DNA from: an uncultured Nitrosomonas sp.
Lineage (GTDB): Bacteria; Pseudomonadota; Gammaproteobacteria; Burkholderiales; Nitrosomonadaceae
NCBI GenBank assembly: GCA_964612715.1
Contig: CAZTCY010000004.1
Coordinates: 1,989 to 65,988, forward strand
DNA: 64,000 nt
Direction of reading: 5' to 3'
Program-made: the position numbers and the translations under genes
Shown here: one piece after another, positions 27,768 through 37,277 of the stretch
How the letters are laid out: each line of letters begins with the position of its first letter
Numbering within the stretch: the stretch's first letter is position 1
The notes under the pieces: generated by a model
Database searches by the model: none
Seen by the model: the letters and a program-made list of their open reading frames with translations, nothing else
Told to the model about the DNA's origin: nothing

Positions 27768-28877
27768 ATGAAAATTCATATTAAGCTTTTTTCTTTGATA
27801 TTGATGAGTGTTCTTTTTACTTCCGGTCTTGCCCAAGCGGAACGCATCAGGGATCTGGTCAGCATTCAAGGTGTGCGTAATAATCAGTTAATCGGTTACG
27901 GCCTGGTTGTGGGTCTGGATGGCACCGGGGATCAAACAACACAGACGCCTTTTACCGTACAAAGCATTATCAATATGATGGGGCAACTCGGTATCAATCT
28001 TCCGCCCGGGACAAATTTGCAATTACGCAATGTCGCAGCGGCAATGGTCACCGCCACCCTGCCCCCTTTTGCCCGGCCCGGTCAGCAAATCGATGTCACC
28101 GTTTCTTCCATGGGTAATGCCAAAAGCTTACGCGGCGGTACACTGTTGATGACACCGTTAAAAGGTGCCGACAATCAGGTCTATGCCATCGCACAGGGCA
28201 ATCTTCTGGTCGGCGGAGCCGGTGCGGCAGCAGCTGGCAGCAGTGTGCAGATTAATCACTTGAATGCCGGAAGAATCAGTGGCGGTGCGACTGTAGAACG
28301 CGAGGTTCCTGCCGCACTGGGCCAAGAGGATCACATTCACCTGGAACTCAATTCCACCAATTTCACAACAGTTACGCGCATCGTTGAAGCGATCAACATG
28401 ATTTATCCCGGTAGAGCATCTGCAGTCGATGGACGTCTCGTGCAGGTAAGAGCACCACTCAACATGAATGAACGCGTGGTGTTTATATCACAAATCGAAA
28501 GCCTGAACATTACACCGGCAAGAGATGCTGCAAAAGTAGTCGTTAATTCCCGCACGGGTTCTATCGCCATGAATCAAGCGGTAACCTTGGAGCCCAGCGC
28601 CATAGCGCATGGAAATCTTTCCATCATTATCAATAGTGAGCCGGTCATCAGCCAGCCAGGTCCTTTTGCCGAACGTGGCGAAACCGTTGTCGCACAACGC
28701 GCACAAGTTGAAATACGCAGCGACGAAGGCAATTTGATGCTTTTATCGGGCGGCGCGGATCTGGGTGAGGTTGTTAAGGCATTGACCGCCATCGGCGCAA
28801 CCACACAAGACTTATTATCAATACTACAGGCACTTAAAGCAGCAGGTTCATTGCGCGCCGAACTGGAAGTTATATAA
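27768..28877 (+). CDS. flgI: Flagellar P-ring protein FlgI
   Basis: Signal peptide MKIHIKLFSLILMSVLFTSGLAQA, followed by ERIRDLVSIQGVRNNQLIGYGLVVGLDGTGD. Start trimmed from the track's 27729; GTG 27756 is also possible. Confidence 0.9.
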   Translation: MKIHIKLFSLILMSVLFTSGLAQAERIRDLVSIQGVRNNQLIGYGLVVGLDGTGDQTTQTPFTVQSIINMMGQLGINLPPGTNLQLRNVAAAMVTATLPPFARPGQQIDVTVSSMGNAKSLRGGTLLMTPLKGADNQVYAIAQGNLLVGGAGAAAAGSSVQINHLNAGRISGGATVEREVPAALGQEDHIHLELNSTNFTTVTRIVEAINMIYPGRASAVDGRLVQVRAPLNMNERVVFISQIESLNITPARDAAKVVVNSRTGSIAMNQAVTLEPSAIAHGNLSIIINSEPVISQPGPFAERGETVVAQRAQVEIRSDEGNLMLLSGGADLGEVVKALTAIGATTQDLLSILQALKAAGSLRAELEVI

Positions 28878-28890
28878 GGATCATATCACC

Positions 28891-30012
28891 ATGATGAATT
28901 CGCTCGATTTTACCGGCAAACTTGCCATAGACAGCAAAAGCATTGATGATTTGCAATTGTTGTCAAACAAGGATTCTAAAAAAGCATTACGGGAAGCCGC
29001 AAAACAATTTGAAGCCTTGTTTTTTCATATGCTTGTTAAAAGCATGCGCGATGCAACAGTTAAAAGTGGGTTGATCGATAGCCAGCAAACCCAGTTCTAT
29101 ACTGAAATGTATGACCAGCAATTATCGCAAACCCTCGCTTCCAAAGGTATCGGACTCGCCGATATGATGGTCGAACAACTGACGCGGACTTATGGTGAAT
29201 TTGATCAGGCAGCGCCTTTAACAAAATTGCTCGAAATTGAACCATTTGCGTCATATCCACACGACAAACCGGATAACTACGCCGCGCCCTCACAGGCCCC
29301 GCAGGCTCATCCAGTGAACCCGCTTTGGCCAGCAAACCCATCATCGCTCAATACGCACCCAGACAGCGGGGATGCTGATGCTTCTTCTACTGCAATGATA
29401 GACAAGTCTCACAAGCTCTGGCCTCTTGCACAAGATACAGCGAAAATTTCAGTACATGAAAATACGGCTTCAGTAAACAATAATCCGAATCCCGTTCTCG
29501 CAGCACAACAAGTATTAAGCAAGACAGCGGGGGCCGTATTCAGTAAAACAACCGATTTTATCAATACGCTGATGCCGCATGCGCACGTCGCATCACAATC
29601 AACCGGAATACCTGCACATTTTATGTTAGCGCAGGCTGCGCTCGAAAGCGGCTGGGGCAAACATGAAATACGCCGCGCTGATAATTCTCCAAGTTATAAC
29701 TTGTTTGGTATCAAAGCTGGCAGTAATTGGAAAGGCGAAACGGTTGAAACGGTAACGACGGAGTACGTCAACGGTGTTCCACAAAAAATGGTCGAAAAAT
29801 TCCGTGCTTACAATTCTTATGCAGAAAGTTTCCGTGATTATGCCAATCTGCTTGCCAACAATCCACGATACGTCAATGTTGTAAATACACAGAATGCTGC
29901 TGAATTTGCATATGGTCTACAAAAAGCAGGCTATGCCACCGATCCGCAATATGGCAATAAACTGATGCGTATTCTGAATAATCCGGCTTTATATAAACAG
30001 GATGTTATTTAA
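28891..30012 (+). CDS. flgJ: Flagellar rod-assembly protein / peptidoglycan hydrolase FlgJ
   Basis: N-terminal rod-binding domain (AAKQFEALFFHMLVKSMR), a long low-complexity linker, and a C-terminal glucosaminidase domain (LAQAALESGWG ... GYATDPQYGNKL). Confidence 0.9.
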   Translation: MMNSLDFTGKLAIDSKSIDDLQLLSNKDSKKALREAAKQFEALFFHMLVKSMRDATVKSGLIDSQQTQFYTEMYDQQLSQTLASKGIGLADMMVEQLTRTYGEFDQAAPLTKLLEIEPFASYPHDKPDNYAAPSQAPQAHPVNPLWPANPSSLNTHPDSGDADASSTAMIDKSHKLWPLAQDTAKISVHENTASVNNNPNPVLAAQQVLSKTAGAVFSKTTDFINTLMPHAHVASQSTGIPAHFMLAQAALESGWGKHEIRRADNSPSYNLFGIKAGSNWKGETVETVTTEYVNGVPQKMVEKFRAYNSYAESFRDYANLLANNPRYVNVVNTQNAAEFAYGLQKAGYATDPQYGNKLMRILNNPALYKQDVI

Positions 30013-30053
30013 TTTTTAGCTTTTTTTACCGTTAAAACACTACAGAAGTGATA

Positions 30054-30081
30054 GAAATTCATACATGCAGTTTGTCGATAA
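30054..30081 (+). promoter_or_regulatory. Weak sigma-28-like promoter candidate upstream of flgK (GAAAT-N15-GTCGATAA)
   Basis: GTCGATAA at 30074-30081 resembles the -10 element GCCGATAA. The -35 element matches only partially. Confidence 0.2.
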
Positions 30082-30128
30082 GAAACGAGACAACTTATAT
30101 CTAAAACTTTCAGAATTTAATTTCAGCT

Positions 30129-32042
30129 ATGGGTAATATACTAGGAACGGGTGTTTCAGGATTGAATGCGGCGCAAGCCAATTTGCTTACTACAAGCCAT
30201 AATATTACAAATGTCGATACACCGGGATATTCAAGGCAGCAAGTCATTCAGAGTACCAATATTCCGCTAGCAACGGGGGCAGGTTTCATTGGCAGCGGTG
30301 TGAATGTCGCAACCGTAAAGCGCATTCACAATCAGTTCCTGACCACACAATTGATACAGGTACAGTCGCAAAGCAGTCAAATGGCTGTGCACCATAGTCA
30401 GATCAGCCGGATTGATAACCTCCTGGCCGATCCGGTTTCCGGATTATCTCCGTTTTTAGAAGGATTTTTTAACGGCGTTAATGACGTTGCATCGAATCCC
30501 TCTTCAATACCTTCACGTCAGGCCATGCTCAGCAATGCGGAATCTTTGGTATCACGCCTGCATAGTCTGGATCATCAATTGTCCGAAATGCGTACTGGTG
30601 TTAATACTGAAATCAAAAGCACAGTGAGCGAAATTAATTCACTGACTGAGCAGATCGCCAAATTGAATCGCAATATCATGCAGGCCGACGGCGCAGGCGC
30701 CGGTCATCCGGCAAATGATTTATACGATCAGCGCGACGCGCTTATCAATCAACTGAGCAAATTTATCAACACCGACGTAGTAAAACAAAGAGACGGCACA
30801 TACAACGTTTTTATCGGTACCGGCCAAGCTGTAGTTGTGGGTACTGAAGCAATGTCGCTTAAGGCTGTGATATCGCCCGAAAACCCCCAGGAACTGACCA
30901 TCGGTATCAGCACGGGCAGCAAAACGGTTATATTACCCGAGAATCAGATACAGGGTGGCAGTCTGGGTGGCATTTTAAATTTTCGCAGTGAATCGCTGAA
31001 TGAGGCACAGAATGCATTAGGCCGCATTGCTATTAATATCGCGCAGACGTTTAATGATCAACATCGATTAGGGATGGATTTGAACGGCAATCTGGGGACC
31101 GATTTCTTTACTGTGCCTCAGCCACAGGTTTCTTCATCTGCGTTCAATGATCCAGCATCCGGTATTACAGTCGATATCAGCAATGTGAGTGAATTAACAA
31201 CGAGCGATTACCGCTTCTCTTACGACGGTACAAATTACAGTCTAACGCGATTATCCGATAACAGCTCAGTCAGCACAGCCACAGTACCATCGCCGGGATC
31301 ACCGTTGATTATGGATGGCGTCAGAATTACGAACGCGACGATCAATGCAAATGAAAGGTTTCTGATTCAGCCGACAATCAATGGCGCGAAAAATATTTCC
31401 ACCACTATTTCGGATACTTCCAAAATAGCTGCTGCAGCACCCATCCGCACCGAAGCCGCATTGGCCAACACAGGCAATGCCACTATTGGTCCGGGCAGTA
31501 TTAATCCTTTGCCGCTGAATCCAGATCTGCAACAGCCGGTTACCATTACATTTCATTCTCCCTATGACGGTCAATTCGATGTTACCGGAACAGGTGCCGG
31601 ACTACCGGCAACAAATCTTGTCTATACAGAAGGCGCCGACATCAGCTTCAATGGATGGACTGTAAAAATCGAAGGTCAACCGGGCGCTGGCGATATATTT
31701 TCCATTAAACCTAACAATGGTGGAAATGCTGATAATCGTAACGCCTTGCTACTCGCCGGACTGCAAACGAAAAACGTCATGGCGAATGGAACAGCCTCAT
31801 TTCAGGAAGTTTATGGGCAAATGGTCAGCCTGATTGGCAACAAAACGCGCGAACTTGAAGTGACCAGCACAATACAAGCCAATCTGCTCACTCAGACGCA
31901 ACGCTCTATAGAAGCGTTATCCGGTGTCAATCTGAATGAAGAAGCGGCCAATTTATTGCGGTTTCAGAAAGCCTTTCAGGCTGCTGGTAAAGTTATCGAG
32001 ATTAGTAGTACCCTTTTTGACTCCATACTTCGAATTCGTTAA
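30129..32042 (+). CDS. flgK: Flagellar hook-associated protein 1 FlgK
   Basis: N-terminal GVSGLNAAQANLLTTSHNITNVDTPGYSRQ and C-terminal EEAANLLRFQKAFQAAGKVI. Confidence 0.92.
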   Translation: MGNILGTGVSGLNAAQANLLTTSHNITNVDTPGYSRQQVIQSTNIPLATGAGFIGSGVNVATVKRIHNQFLTTQLIQVQSQSSQMAVHHSQISRIDNLLADPVSGLSPFLEGFFNGVNDVASNPSSIPSRQAMLSNAESLVSRLHSLDHQLSEMRTGVNTEIKSTVSEINSLTEQIAKLNRNIMQADGAGAGHPANDLYDQRDALINQLSKFINTDVVKQRDGTYNVFIGTGQAVVVGTEAMSLKAVISPENPQELTIGISTGSKTVILPENQIQGGSLGGILNFRSESLNEAQNALGRIAINIAQTFNDQHRLGMDLNGNLGTDFFTVPQPQVSSSAFNDPASGITVDISNVSELTTSDYRFSYDGTNYSLTRLSDNSSVSTATVPSPGSPLIMDGVRITNATINANERFLIQPTINGAKNISTTISDTSKIAAAAPIRTEAALANTGNATIGPGSINPLPLNPDLQQPVTITFHSPYDGQFDVTGTGAGLPATNLVYTEGADISFNGWTVKIEGQPGAGDIFSIKPNNGGNADNRNALLLAGLQTKNVMANGTASFQEVYGQMVSLIGNKTRELEVTSTIQANLLTQTQRSIEALSGVNLNEEAANLLRFQKAFQAAGKVIEISSTLFDSILRIR

Positions 32043-32076
32043 ATAGGGACTAAAACAAAAACCGGAGGACTATATT

Positions 32077-33288
32077 ATGCGTGTCAGTACCAGTGGAATG
32101 TTCGATTCAGGCACAGCCACAATATTGCAGATGCAAGAAGCCTTAATCAAAACACAGCAACAGTTATCAACAGGCCGGCGCATTTTAACACCGGCAGACG
32201 ATCCTATTGCAGCAGCGCAGGCAATCAATCTGTCGCAAGCGGCATCAATCAACACACAGTATTCGACCAACCGCGGTCATGCGATCACTTCACTCGGATT
32301 AGTTGAAACAGCGTTAGATAATGTTTCCACAAATTTGCAGGATATTCGCCAAATAGCCGTACAGGCGGGCAATACATTTTTAACCGATTCTGATCGAAAA
32401 ATCCTGGCCGTCGAGCTTCGCAGCCGATTTGAAGCATTACTGGGGCAAGCCAATACTACGGACGGCACAGGAAATTACCTGTTTTCGGGTTTTCAGGGAA
32501 AAACACAGCCTTTTACCCATTCCGGCTTGAACGTTCAATATCAGGGTGACCAAGGACAACGCTTAAATCAAGTTGGCCCAGCCCGCCAAATTGCTGTCAG
32601 CAGCTCCGGCACCGATGTTTTTGAACGCATTAAAAATGGCAATGGTATCTTCACCACGGCCGCAAATCCTGCAAATACCGGTGAAGGACTTATCACTGCC
32701 GGTTCAGTAACAAATCCGGCCAATCTGACCGGACATAACTACGAAATCACATTTTCTGCCGGTGTTGGCGGCTTAACCTATGATGTTGTGAATACAACAA
32801 CAGGAGCGACGCTATCCACCGGTAATGCTTTTGCCGACAACGATATTATTCAATTTGACGGCCTACAATTCAGCATTAATAACACCCCTGCGCCTGGAGA
32901 CACATTCACTGTATCGCCGAGTACTCATCAGAGTATTTTTAAAACGATGGGTGATTTAATCACAGCATTGGAAGCACCTGTCAGAGGCGTGCCAGGTGGC
33001 GACGCAAGATTAACAAACAATTTGAATTCTGCACTGCAAAACCTGGACAACGGACTGGAACAGATTCTGACGACACGTGCTTCAATCGGCTCAAAAATGC
33101 AGGAAATTGAGGCACTTAACAGTCAAGGAAGCGATCTCGGAATTCAGTATGAAAAAAGGATTTCAGAGCTGCGTGATGTGGATTTTGCTGCAGCAATATC
33201 AGAACTGAACAAGCGACAAATCTATCTGGAAGCGGCACAGAAATCTTTCTCTACGGTAACACGCTTGTCTTTGTTTGATTTTATTTAA
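32077..33288 (+). CDS. flgL: Flagellar hook-associated protein 3 FlgL
   Basis: Flagellin-like N-terminus (MRVSTSGMFDSG...LSTGRRILTPADDP) and C-terminus (VDFAAAISELNKRQIYLEAAQKSF). Follows flgK. Confidence 0.9.
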   Translation: MRVSTSGMFDSGTATILQMQEALIKTQQQLSTGRRILTPADDPIAAAQAINLSQAASINTQYSTNRGHAITSLGLVETALDNVSTNLQDIRQIAVQAGNTFLTDSDRKILAVELRSRFEALLGQANTTDGTGNYLFSGFQGKTQPFTHSGLNVQYQGDQGQRLNQVGPARQIAVSSSGTDVFERIKNGNGIFTTAANPANTGEGLITAGSVTNPANLTGHNYEITFSAGVGGLTYDVVNTTTGATLSTGNAFADNDIIQFDGLQFSINNTPAPGDTFTVSPSTHQSIFKTMGDLITALEAPVRGVPGGDARLTNNLNSALQNLDNGLEQILTTRASIGSKMQEIEALNSQGSDLGIQYEKRISELRDVDFAAAISELNKRQIYLEAAQKSFSTVTRLSLFDFI

Positions 33289-33309
33289 CGGCTGTTAATG
33301 CTCTTCCGA

Positions 33310-33963
33310 CTATTCTCTAAATTGGTAAACAACACTCGAGGACGGTGTCAGAATCAGCGGCGGATCAAATGATCCCGCATCCGCAAAAGATGGGATGATG
33401 ATTTCTGTAAAAGGTATCAGCAATCCCGTCGATCCACTGGTATGCACAAGACCCTTATTGTGAATCACTTTTTTCAGCCTGAATGAGGCGCTTGCGTCGT
33501 TATACTCAAGAAACAGCGTATTGGTTACCGGTTGAATACGGCTGGTGCTGAATGAAGAAAAAGTGCCGCGCGATTGACTCAGATCGGTATAAATCGAGCT
33601 GATGACGATAACCAGATCATGTCCGTTAAAATAAGCCGTTGCATCAATACTATCGAGCCTTAAAGGTAATCCGGATTCAGGTGTCCCGGTAAAACCAATC
33701 GCCGTATCGCTATCGATACAAATACGCTGATCCTCTTTAACAAATCTTGGCAAACCACCGCTCAAGCGTAAACGAAACATTCCGTCATCCAGGTTTTCGA
33801 TAACTTCAAATCGGCTTTCAACCAATATGGTTGACGGCGCAGGATCACTAGCATTTGCCGGATTTGCGCATTCAAAACCCCGATAGATGATTGATTGCGC
33901 GATTACATTCCATGAAAACAGCCCACCGGCAACAATCATTAGTAACGCTTGAGAAACTTTCAT
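33310..33963 (-). CDS. Secreted hypothetical protein (217 aa)
   Basis: GAGGA RBS and signal peptide MKVSQALLMIVAGGLFSWNVIAQS. I recognise no family. Confidence 0.6.
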   Translation of the reverse strand: MKVSQALLMIVAGGLFSWNVIAQSIIYRGFECANPANASDPAPSTILVESRFEVIENLDDGMFRLRLSGGLPRFVKEDQRICIDSDTAIGFTGTPESGLPLRLDSIDATAYFNGHDLVIVISSIYTDLSQSRGTFSSFSTSRIQPVTNTLFLEYNDASASFRLKKVIHNKGLVHTSGSTGLLIPFTEIIIPSFADAGSFDPPLILTPSSSVVYQFRE

Positions 33964-34006
33964 GACATTTCCTCGTGGTTAGGAATGCACTGTAAACACA
34001 AAAAGC

Positions 34007-34324
34007 CTATTTCCGGATTTTGTTTCCGGATACACGTAATTTTCTGGCTTCCTTGGGATCAATCAACAGGGGCCGGTAGATTTCCACTCTGTCGCGCGAT
34101 TTCACGAGTGCATCCCTTTCAGCAAGCCTGCCAAAAACCCCGATTCTATTTTTACCCAAGTCAATTTCAGGAAATTGTTTCATGATGCCAGACAAGTGAA
34201 TAGCCTGTTCAAGCGTTGTTCCCGCTGGCACCTGTATTTTTTTCAGTACCTGTCGAGACAACAATGCATAGACGATTTCCACTTCTATTGCAGTTGCAGT
34301 ATTGCTTGAATCATGAATCGCCAT
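34007..34324 (-). CDS. RnfH-family ubiquitin-like protein (UPF0125, RatB-like)
   Basis: IEVEIVYA...VGVFGRL...RDRVEIYRPL pattern typical of RnfH. Start trimmed to ATG 34324, overlapping the ratA 3' end by 14 nt. This is the conserved ratA-rnfH pair. Confidence 0.75.
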   Translation of the reverse strand: MAIHDSSNTATAIEVEIVYALLSRQVLKKIQVPAGTTLEQAIHLSGIMKQFPEIDLGKNRIGVFGRLAERDALVKSRDRVEIYRPLLIDPKEARKLRVSGNKIRK

Positions 34325-34748
34325 AAATAGCATCGGCACGTTCGATAAATGATTCCACAAAGCTGTTGGCGATCATATGAAATACCGGCCCTACCAGTTT
34401 TTCCAGAATCTTGTGCGAAAACGTATAATGCAGCCGGAATTCGATTTTACAGGCATCGTCGGATAAAGGGATAAAACGCCAATGACCATCCAGATGCTCA
34501 AACGGCCCATTCAGTAACGTCATTTCAATAAGCACGGGCGGGGTGCGTTTGTTTTCAGTCGAGAAACTGTGTTTAACATGATGATAATTGATATTGACGG
34601 TTGCGTGCGTGACGGTTTCACTCAGATGAATCACCGTCGTGCCGTCACACCAGGGAAGAAATACCGGATACTGCGCGACATCATCCACCAGATTAAACAT
34701 CTTCTCTGCTGAATAGGGTACTAAAACTGTTTTTTCTATTTCTGCCAT
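34311..34748 (-). CDS. ratA: SRPBCC-fold ribosome-association toxin RatA / CoQ-binding COQ10-like protein
   Basis: 145 aa with VLVPYSAEKMFNLVDDVAQYPVFLPWC. Divergent from smpB, as in E. coli. Confidence 0.85.
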   Translation of the reverse strand: MAEIEKTVLVPYSAEKMFNLVDDVAQYPVFLPWCDGTTVIHLSETVTHATVNINYHHVKHSFSTENKRTPPVLIEMTLLNGPFEHLDGHWRFIPLSDDACKIEFRLHYTFSHKILEKLVGPVFHMIANSFVESFIERADAIYGDS

Positions 34749-34852
34749 AAAAGGAAACCACTTCGCTTATTTGCGGTGCGTTACTGGAAAACTGATAAAA
34801 TACACAAAATTTAAAGAATAATCACCTTTTTTACACTATTGACACCGCCTGA

Positions 34853-35299
34853 ATGAGCATTATTCAAAATAAAAAAGCATTCCACGATTATTTTATAGAA
34901 GAAAAATACGAAACAGGCCTGGTGCTGGAAGGTTGGGAAGTCAAGGCGATCCGGGCCGGCCGCGTTCAATTGAAGGAATCCTATGTTATCATCCGCAACG
35001 GTGCATTATACCTTATAGGCTGTCATATCAGTCCTCTGAAAACGGCTTCGACCCATATTCTTCCTGACCCGGTGAGAACGCGTAAGCTGCTATTACATGC
35101 CGAAGAAATTAAACGGCTTATCGGCAAAGCGGAACGCGCAGGCTATACACTGATCCCATTGGACATGCACTACAAAACAGGCAGAATCAAACTGGAAATC
35201 GGCCTTGCGAAAGGTAAAAAACTGCACGATAAACGGGAATCCGAAAAGCAGAAAGAATGGGAACGTGAAAAGCAGCGTTACGTAAAAAGCAACGTTTAA
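34853..35299 (+). CDS. smpB: SsrA-binding protein SmpB
   Basis: [32 protein letters not shown] and a basic C-terminal tail. Confidence 0.95.
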   Translation: MSIIQNKKAFHDYFIEEKYETGLVLEGWEVKAIRAGRVQLKESYVIIRNGALYLIGCHISPLKTASTHILPDPVRTRKLLLHAEEIKRLIGKAERAGYTLIPLDMHYKTGRIKLEIGLAKGKKLHDKRESEKQKEWEREKQRYVKSNV

Positions 35300-35352
35300 T
35301 CCGATCCAAATAAGAAAACGATTACATTTTTAATTTTCAACTGTATTTTTCC

Positions 35353-36381
35353 ATGAATTCAGAAAAAAAACCTGTTGCAATCTGGTTGCTTATTTGCTGT
35401 GCTTTAGTTTTCGCCATGATCGTGGTCGGCGGCGTGACACGATTAACCGACTCGGGATTGTCAATCGTCGAGTGGCAGCCCCTAATTGGCACCCTCCCTC
35501 CGATCACCCAGACGGACTGGGACGAACTGCTGGATAAATACCGCACATCACCGCAATACCAGCAGATCAACAAAGGCATGAGCATTGATGAATTTAAGAC
35601 GATTTTCTGGTGGGAATACTTTCACCGACTACTCGGACGGTTGATCGGCCTGGTATTTTTCATACCGTTCGTTTATTTCCTGCTCAAAAAGAAAATTGAT
35701 AAACCCCTTGGCCTGAAACTTACGGGTATTTTCATTCTTGGCGGGCTGCAGGGCTTTATGGGCTGGTATATGGTCATGAGTGGTCTGGTTGACAACCCCC
35801 ATGTCAGCCAATACCGGTTGACAGCACACCTTGGGCTTGCATTTGTCATATTTGCAGCCATGTTCTGGGTCGCTTTGGGATTGCTGTCTCAATCCGACGC
35901 AACTGCCGCCAGTCCGGACAAGGATGGCCTGCGGCGTTTCGCGTATGGATTGTCCTGGCTTATCTTTATCATGGTCTTATCGGGTGGCTTTGTGGCAGGG
36001 ATTCGCGCCGGACTGGCCTATAATACGTTCCCGCTGATGAACGGTCATTTCATTCCACCGGACCTGTTCATACTGGACCCCTGGTACCGCAATTTCTTTG
36101 AAAACATGACCACGGTACAGTTTGATCACCGCATGATCGCATGGATACTCATGTTTAGCGTACCGCTGTTCTGGTTCAAGGCGATACGCGCCAGCCTGTC
36201 GAAGACAACACAGCTGGCCTGCCACCTGTTTTTATTGATGCTGATCATCCAGGCCACACTCGGCATCACCACGCTACTGCATGTTGTGCCGATTCATCTG
36301 GCAGCGTCGCACCAGGGCGGTGCGGTATTATTATTTGCCGCTTCACTCTGGGTCAGCCATCGCCTGCGTAAGCCAGCATAA
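35353..36381 (+). CDS. ctaA: Heme A synthase (COX15/CtaA family)
   Basis: Eight predicted TM segments. [18 protein letters not shown] motif. Conserved His residues in the TM helices. Confidence 0.9.
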   Translation: MNSEKKPVAIWLLICCALVFAMIVVGGVTRLTDSGLSIVEWQPLIGTLPPITQTDWDELLDKYRTSPQYQQINKGMSIDEFKTIFWWEYFHRLLGRLIGLVFFIPFVYFLLKKKIDKPLGLKLTGIFILGGLQGFMGWYMVMSGLVDNPHVSQYRLTAHLGLAFVIFAAMFWVALGLLSQSDATAASPDKDGLRRFAYGLSWLIFIMVLSGGFVAGIRAGLAYNTFPLMNGHFIPPDLFILDPWYRNFFENMTTVQFDHRMIAWILMFSVPLFWFKAIRASLSKTTQLACHLFLLMLIIQATLGITTLLHVVPIHLAASHQGGAVLLFAASLWVSHRLRKPA

Positions 36382-36456
36382 AGATCGCCGCATCATTGCA
36401 TTTTAATGTTACTACTATAATTCAATATTAAAAACCAAACCGGAGAGGTTAAAGAA

Positions 36457-37080
36457 ATGGTCTTAAAAACAAGAATGTATTTCATGATTACTACCGTAGT
36501 ATTTGCGTTGTTTTTGTCAGCCTGCTCAACCACGCAAAAAATCACATCCTCCGCAAGAACCCCCATCGAACAATTGCTGCATAGCGAAGCGATAGCCAGG
36601 AGTCTGGCGAAACAAAACGATGTACAGTTGCACATCCCGGCAGGCGCAAAAGTAGCGCTGAGTACCGCCGGATTAAGTGCGGACAACCCGTTTGCCGGAG
36701 AAATGATCGGCAGCTGGCTGGGCAGACAGGGATATATCGTCGACAATTCCGAAAACGCCCAGTATAAAATCCATGTCATTGTAAGTGCGCTGGGAACAGA
36801 ACTCGGTGAGACTTTTTTTGGCATACCCCCTGTCAGCGGCTCCCTTATTCCGATTTCGCTGCCCGAATTATCCATCTATAAATCACAAAATCAGGTCGGC
36901 TATACCAACTTCCGGATGGATATCTATGAATTGCCGTCCGGCCGTTTCGTGCATTCAACGATGCCGTACACCGCGGAAGCCTATTTTAATGACTACACTT
37001 TCTTGTTCATGTTTAAATTCAGCAGAACGGATTTGATAAACCCGCCTCAATTCAGATCGTTAAGCAGAATTATTGAATAG
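36457..37080 (+). CDS. Hypothetical lipoprotein (207 aa)
   Basis: GGAGAGG RBS and lipobox ALFLSAC. I recognise no family. Confidence 0.65.
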   Translation: MVLKTRMYFMITTVVFALFLSACSTTQKITSSARTPIEQLLHSEAIARSLAKQNDVQLHIPAGAKVALSTAGLSADNPFAGEMIGSWLGRQGYIVDNSENAQYKIHVIVSALGTELGETFFGIPPVSGSLIPISLPELSIYKSQNQVGYTNFRMDIYELPSGRFVHSTMPYTAEAYFNDYTFLFMFKFSRTDLINPPQFRSLSRIIE

Positions 37081-37131
37081 CGGACGGAAAAAACCGGTCA
37101 TTTTACGCTTCCGCCACAACTGGATTAACAG

Positions 37132-37198
37132 CTGAAAATCAACCCGGGCAGATTCACCTGTCACCTGCTGACAGTGAATCTGCCCGGGTTGATTTCAG
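37132..37198. repeat. Long hairpin/inverted repeat (about 30 bp stem, two 1-nt bulges, 5-nt loop) between convergent genes
   Basis: CTGAAAATCAACCCGGGCAGATTCACCTGTCA / TGACAGTGAATCTGCCCGGGTTGATTTCAG, read directly. No strong U-tract on either side. Confidence 0.6.
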
Positions 37199-37277
37199 TC
37201 TTTGAACAATCGGCCGGAATATCTGATGTCATCAATACAAATTATGAGGGTACGCGGACACCGCGTTCATAATCCGG

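Noticed and set aside
35300-35352. Looked for tmRNA (ssrA) next to smpB
   Set aside because: Only 53 nt separate smpB from ctaA. The ratA side is fully coding. No tRNA-like acceptor/T-arm sequence is present.
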